Under the pieces are notes generated by a model. The model had not been told where the DNA came from, made no database searches, and saw nothing but the letters and a program-made list of their open reading frames with translations. From assembly GCA_048941265.1 (NCBI GenBank), contig JBHLNT010000051.1:1-25813 (forward strand): DNA of 25,813 bases. Reading direction: 5' to 3'. The translations under genes were made by a program, and so were the position numbers. Numbering within the stretch: position 1 is the stretch's first letter; every line of letters starts with the position of its first letter. Source of the DNA: Promethearchaeota archaeon (GTDB lineage Archaea; Asgardarchaeota; Lokiarchaeia; Sigyniarchaeales; SOKP01). Below are positions 23,592 through 25,813 of the stretch, in pieces.

Positions 23592-24512
23592 ATGGTAGAG
23601 TATGTCGAAAAGATGACGGATTATGAAAAGATGAAAAAAGCATATCAGGCATCTTCAAAAATTATGGAAAAAAGAATGGAAAAAGAACGCCCAGCAGATT
23701 TAGATATATTGAAGAAAGTAGAAGAAAGTTCTATTATAATTATAGCTGGATCTTATGATAAGGTGGAATTAGTATTAGATTTGATTAATGTTCCGTATGT
23801 TCTTATTAATGCTTATGAATTAGATCAAATTGAATTAAATCCAGATCAAATGTTTATTGTTAACTGCCCGGGAAGCGATATCTCATCTCAGAGTTTAAGG
23901 AAAATCAAAACATATGTAGAAAAAGGAGGTTTTTTATTTACCACTGACTGGGCACTGCATCACGTGTTAGAGAAAATATTTCCAGAGTTAGTTAAATATA
24001 ATCAGAGACCTACTGGGGATGATTGCGTTCGGGTAGAAGTTGTCAGTAAAGAAAATAAATTTTTGGAAGGCTTATTTGAAGGAGATTCTGATCCTATTTG
24101 GTGGCTTGAATCAAGCAGTTATCCAATAACTATTCTTGATAAAGAAAAGGTTAAGGTTTTAGTGAAAAGTAAAGAAATGGAGAATAAATATGGAGAAGCA
24201 CCAATTGTAATATTATTCGATTATGGTGAGGGCCTCGTATTGCATATGACGAGTCACTATTATCTCCAACGCGCAGAGCTTAGGACTAAAAGGCATAAAA
24301 CGAGCGCTAAAGATTATGTGATGTCTGAAATGGCATTTTCAGCTAAAGAAGCAGAAGAATTAGAAAATGATTTAAAAGATTTGTCCCTTGGGGAAGCAGA
24401 ATCCGCCTATTCGACAACCCAATTCATTAGTAATGTCATAGTAGAACAACAAAAAAAGGTTAAGCTGCGAAAAAAGAAGAAGATTAAGGAAAAAGTAAAA
24501 AATAACAAATAG
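23592..24512 (+). CDS. Hypothetical protein, probable class I glutamine amidotransferase-like fold
   Basis: GSYDKVELVL, IVNCPG, YVEKGGFLFTTDWA (typical 'FV..GG.L' GATase1-like motif) and YGEGLVLHMTSH. Lys-rich tail. Confidence 0.65.
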   Translation: MVEYVEKMTDYEKMKKAYQASSKIMEKRMEKERPADLDILKKVEESSIIIIAGSYDKVELVLDLINVPYVLINAYELDQIELNPDQMFIVNCPGSDISSQSLRKIKTYVEKGGFLFTTDWALHHVLEKIFPELVKYNQRPTGDDCVRVEVVSKENKFLEGLFEGDSDPIWWLESSSYPITILDKEKVKVLVKSKEMENKYGEAPIVILFDYGEGLVLHMTSHYYLQRAELRTKRHKTSAKDYVMSEMAFSAKEAEELENDLKDLSLGEAESAYSTTQFISNVIVEQQKKVKLRKKKKIKEKVKNNK

Positions 24513-24585
24513 TTATCTCATTTTTAAAAAATTTTTATTATCCCATATGGCATTGAAAAATCTCAAAAGATCTAATTAAAGTAGT

Positions 24586-24599
24586 AAAAAAAAAAAAAA
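24586..24599 (-). terminator. Oligo-T tract (T14 on the minus strand), candidate terminator of the acx operon
   Basis: A14 run on the plus strand, 26 bp beyond the acxC stop, in a convergent intergenic gap. Confidence 0.5.
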
Positions 24600-24625
24600 T
24601 TTTAAAATTTCTTTAGAATTTTATT

Positions 24626-25123
24626 CTATTCTTTATCTGGTGCTTTTCTTCCTAACCATTTTTCATAAAACGCATCAATATCAGGCAGAAAGTTGAAAAT
24701 TGTCGGATAACCTGGTGGAACAGCCTCAACATCCAATAAGGTAAGACATCCTGGGCATATATATTCTCTGAGTTCCTCCCAATCAGGATCGCTCCCCATA
24801 TATTTAGGATATAATTCCCCTATAGATTCTACGGTATCTCTTACCCTTATTCTACATTTATATTTCCAATTTTGACGATAATCTCCAAATTCGTATCCGC
24901 AATCGCATTTGACGATTCTTTGGCTCTCTTTTGAAACTATGTATAAATGCTCATGAAGCGGTAAAAGTATTTTTTCCTTCCATGGGACCCGTTCTTGCAA
25001 GATTTTAAGCATAATATCAAATCTGTTGGGATCTTTTCTTCCACTAATAATTGGTTTTAGTTCCTCCCAGGTTAGTTCACCATCGATCATTCTTTCTAAT
25101 GTCTTTTGATCATATTCTACCAC
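24626..25123 (-). CDS. acxC: Acetone carboxylase gamma subunit
   Basis: LPLHEHLYIV, VKCDCGYEFGDYRQNWK and LREYICPGC.TLLDVEAVPPGYP (Zn-binding CxC/CxxC). The GTG start abuts the upstream stop, with Shine-Dalgarno GGAGGTG. Confidence 0.9.
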   Translation of the reverse strand: MVEYDQKTLERMIDGELTWEELKPIISGRKDPNRFDIMLKILQERVPWKEKILLPLHEHLYIVSKESQRIVKCDCGYEFGDYRQNWKYKCRIRVRDTVESIGELYPKYMGSDPDWEELREYICPGCLTLLDVEAVPPGYPTIFNFLPDIDAFYEKWLGRKAPDKE

Positions 25124-25813
25124 TTATTTCACCTCCAATTGGAAATCTTCGGGTAATTTCCAAAATTCTCGGAATTCTTTTCCCCAATATCCCTTAGAGA
25201 GTTTCAAGCTTTCCGAATACATTCTTTTTACTGCTTCATATAATCTATCTTCAGTTATTTTCTTCTTTTCATATTCCCAAAATTCTTCAAATGTCATCGA
25301 TTTTTCTAATCGTTTCTTTTTAATTGCCTCTCGACGCTCTTCAGAAGCTTTTTCATCTATAGTCCATTCTTCTTTATTTTCATCGTAATTGGCGACGATG
25401 CCATAGATATTGTAAATAAAGTCTTTTGTATAAATCTCATCATTAAGATCTTTTCTAATACTTTCAAATTTTCTCTCCAAGGGATCACCATATCCTGGAC
25501 CTCCTGATAGGGCATAATGTACTAGATCGTAATTGTCTAATGCTATCGGGAAAGTAGAACAATTGGGTTTTCTAGTGATTTCTCCTGTTAATAATCGTTC
25601 AAATTCACCATTACTAGGATCAGGGTCGCCTAATGGGTATTCTTTCTGATTTTTGAAAATTTCCTCTAAATTAGTGTTTGTGGCATAGAGACGATATGCG
25701 GTTGGATTTGGATAGCCTCCGTGCATTCCTCCTGTTCCATGAAAGCATAAACCATCTCGAGCTCCAAAGAATTCGACTCCCCTCGAGAAGGCGACCATTG
25801 CTATACCTGCATA
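25124..25813 (-). CDS. acxB: Acetone carboxylase alpha subunit (hydantoinase B/oxoprolinase family), C-terminal part; runs off the window
   Basis: GMHGGYP and GGPGYGDPLER motifs, C-terminal FREFWKLP, directly upstream of acxC. The frame stays open (YAGIA) to the window end. Confidence 0.85.
   Translation of the reverse strand, partial: YAGIAMVAFSRGVEFFGARDGLCFHGTGGMHGGYPNPTAYRLYATNTNLEEIFKNQKEYPLGDPDPSNGEFERLLTGEITRKPNCSTFPIALDNYDLVHYALSGGPGYGDPLERKFESIRKDLNDEIYTKDFIYNIYGIVANYDENKEEWTIDEKASEERREAIKKKRLEKSMTFEEFWEYEKKKITEDRLYEAVKRMYSESLKLSKGYWGKEFREFWKLPEDFQLEVK

Overview
Very AT-rich archaeal DNA, most likely from an Asgard archaeon of the Lokiarchaeia type. This is inferred from the eukaryotic-signature genes (gelsolin-like, profilin-like, roadblock and longin/uDENN domains, three Rab-like GTPases), a UPF0147 gene and a tRNA with bulge-helix-bulge (BHB) introns. 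The most striking part is the first ~8.1 kb, a Bacillus/archaeal-type chemotaxis cluster (cheR-cheD-cheC-cheY-cheB-cheB) interleaved with actin and small-GTPase genes. A gelsolin-domain gene, whose frame is open from the window edge so the ORF track truncates it, sits 23 bp upstream of cheR. A Roadblock + Rab-like GTPase fusion with a 'Q61L-like' switch II lies between the two cheB paralogs. A profilin-like protein with a possible WH2 motif closes the cluster convergently. No cheF or archaellum genes are in the window, and cheA, cheW and receptor genes are also not seen. The working hypothesis, which is inference, is a chemosensory pathway that outputs to a small GTPase and actin rather than to an archaellum. 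The rest of the window holds a SAM methyltransferase, two pairs of paralogous membrane proteins, PEP synthase with a C-terminal extension, and a two-intron tRNA-Pro(CGG) with A37. It also holds a uDENN/longin-GTPase fusion followed by a longin gene, two Fe-S proteins, an acyl-CoA ligase with an SCP2-like insertion, a stand-alone small GTPase and the 3' end of an acetone carboxylase operon. No CRISPR array, transposase or integrase was seen.
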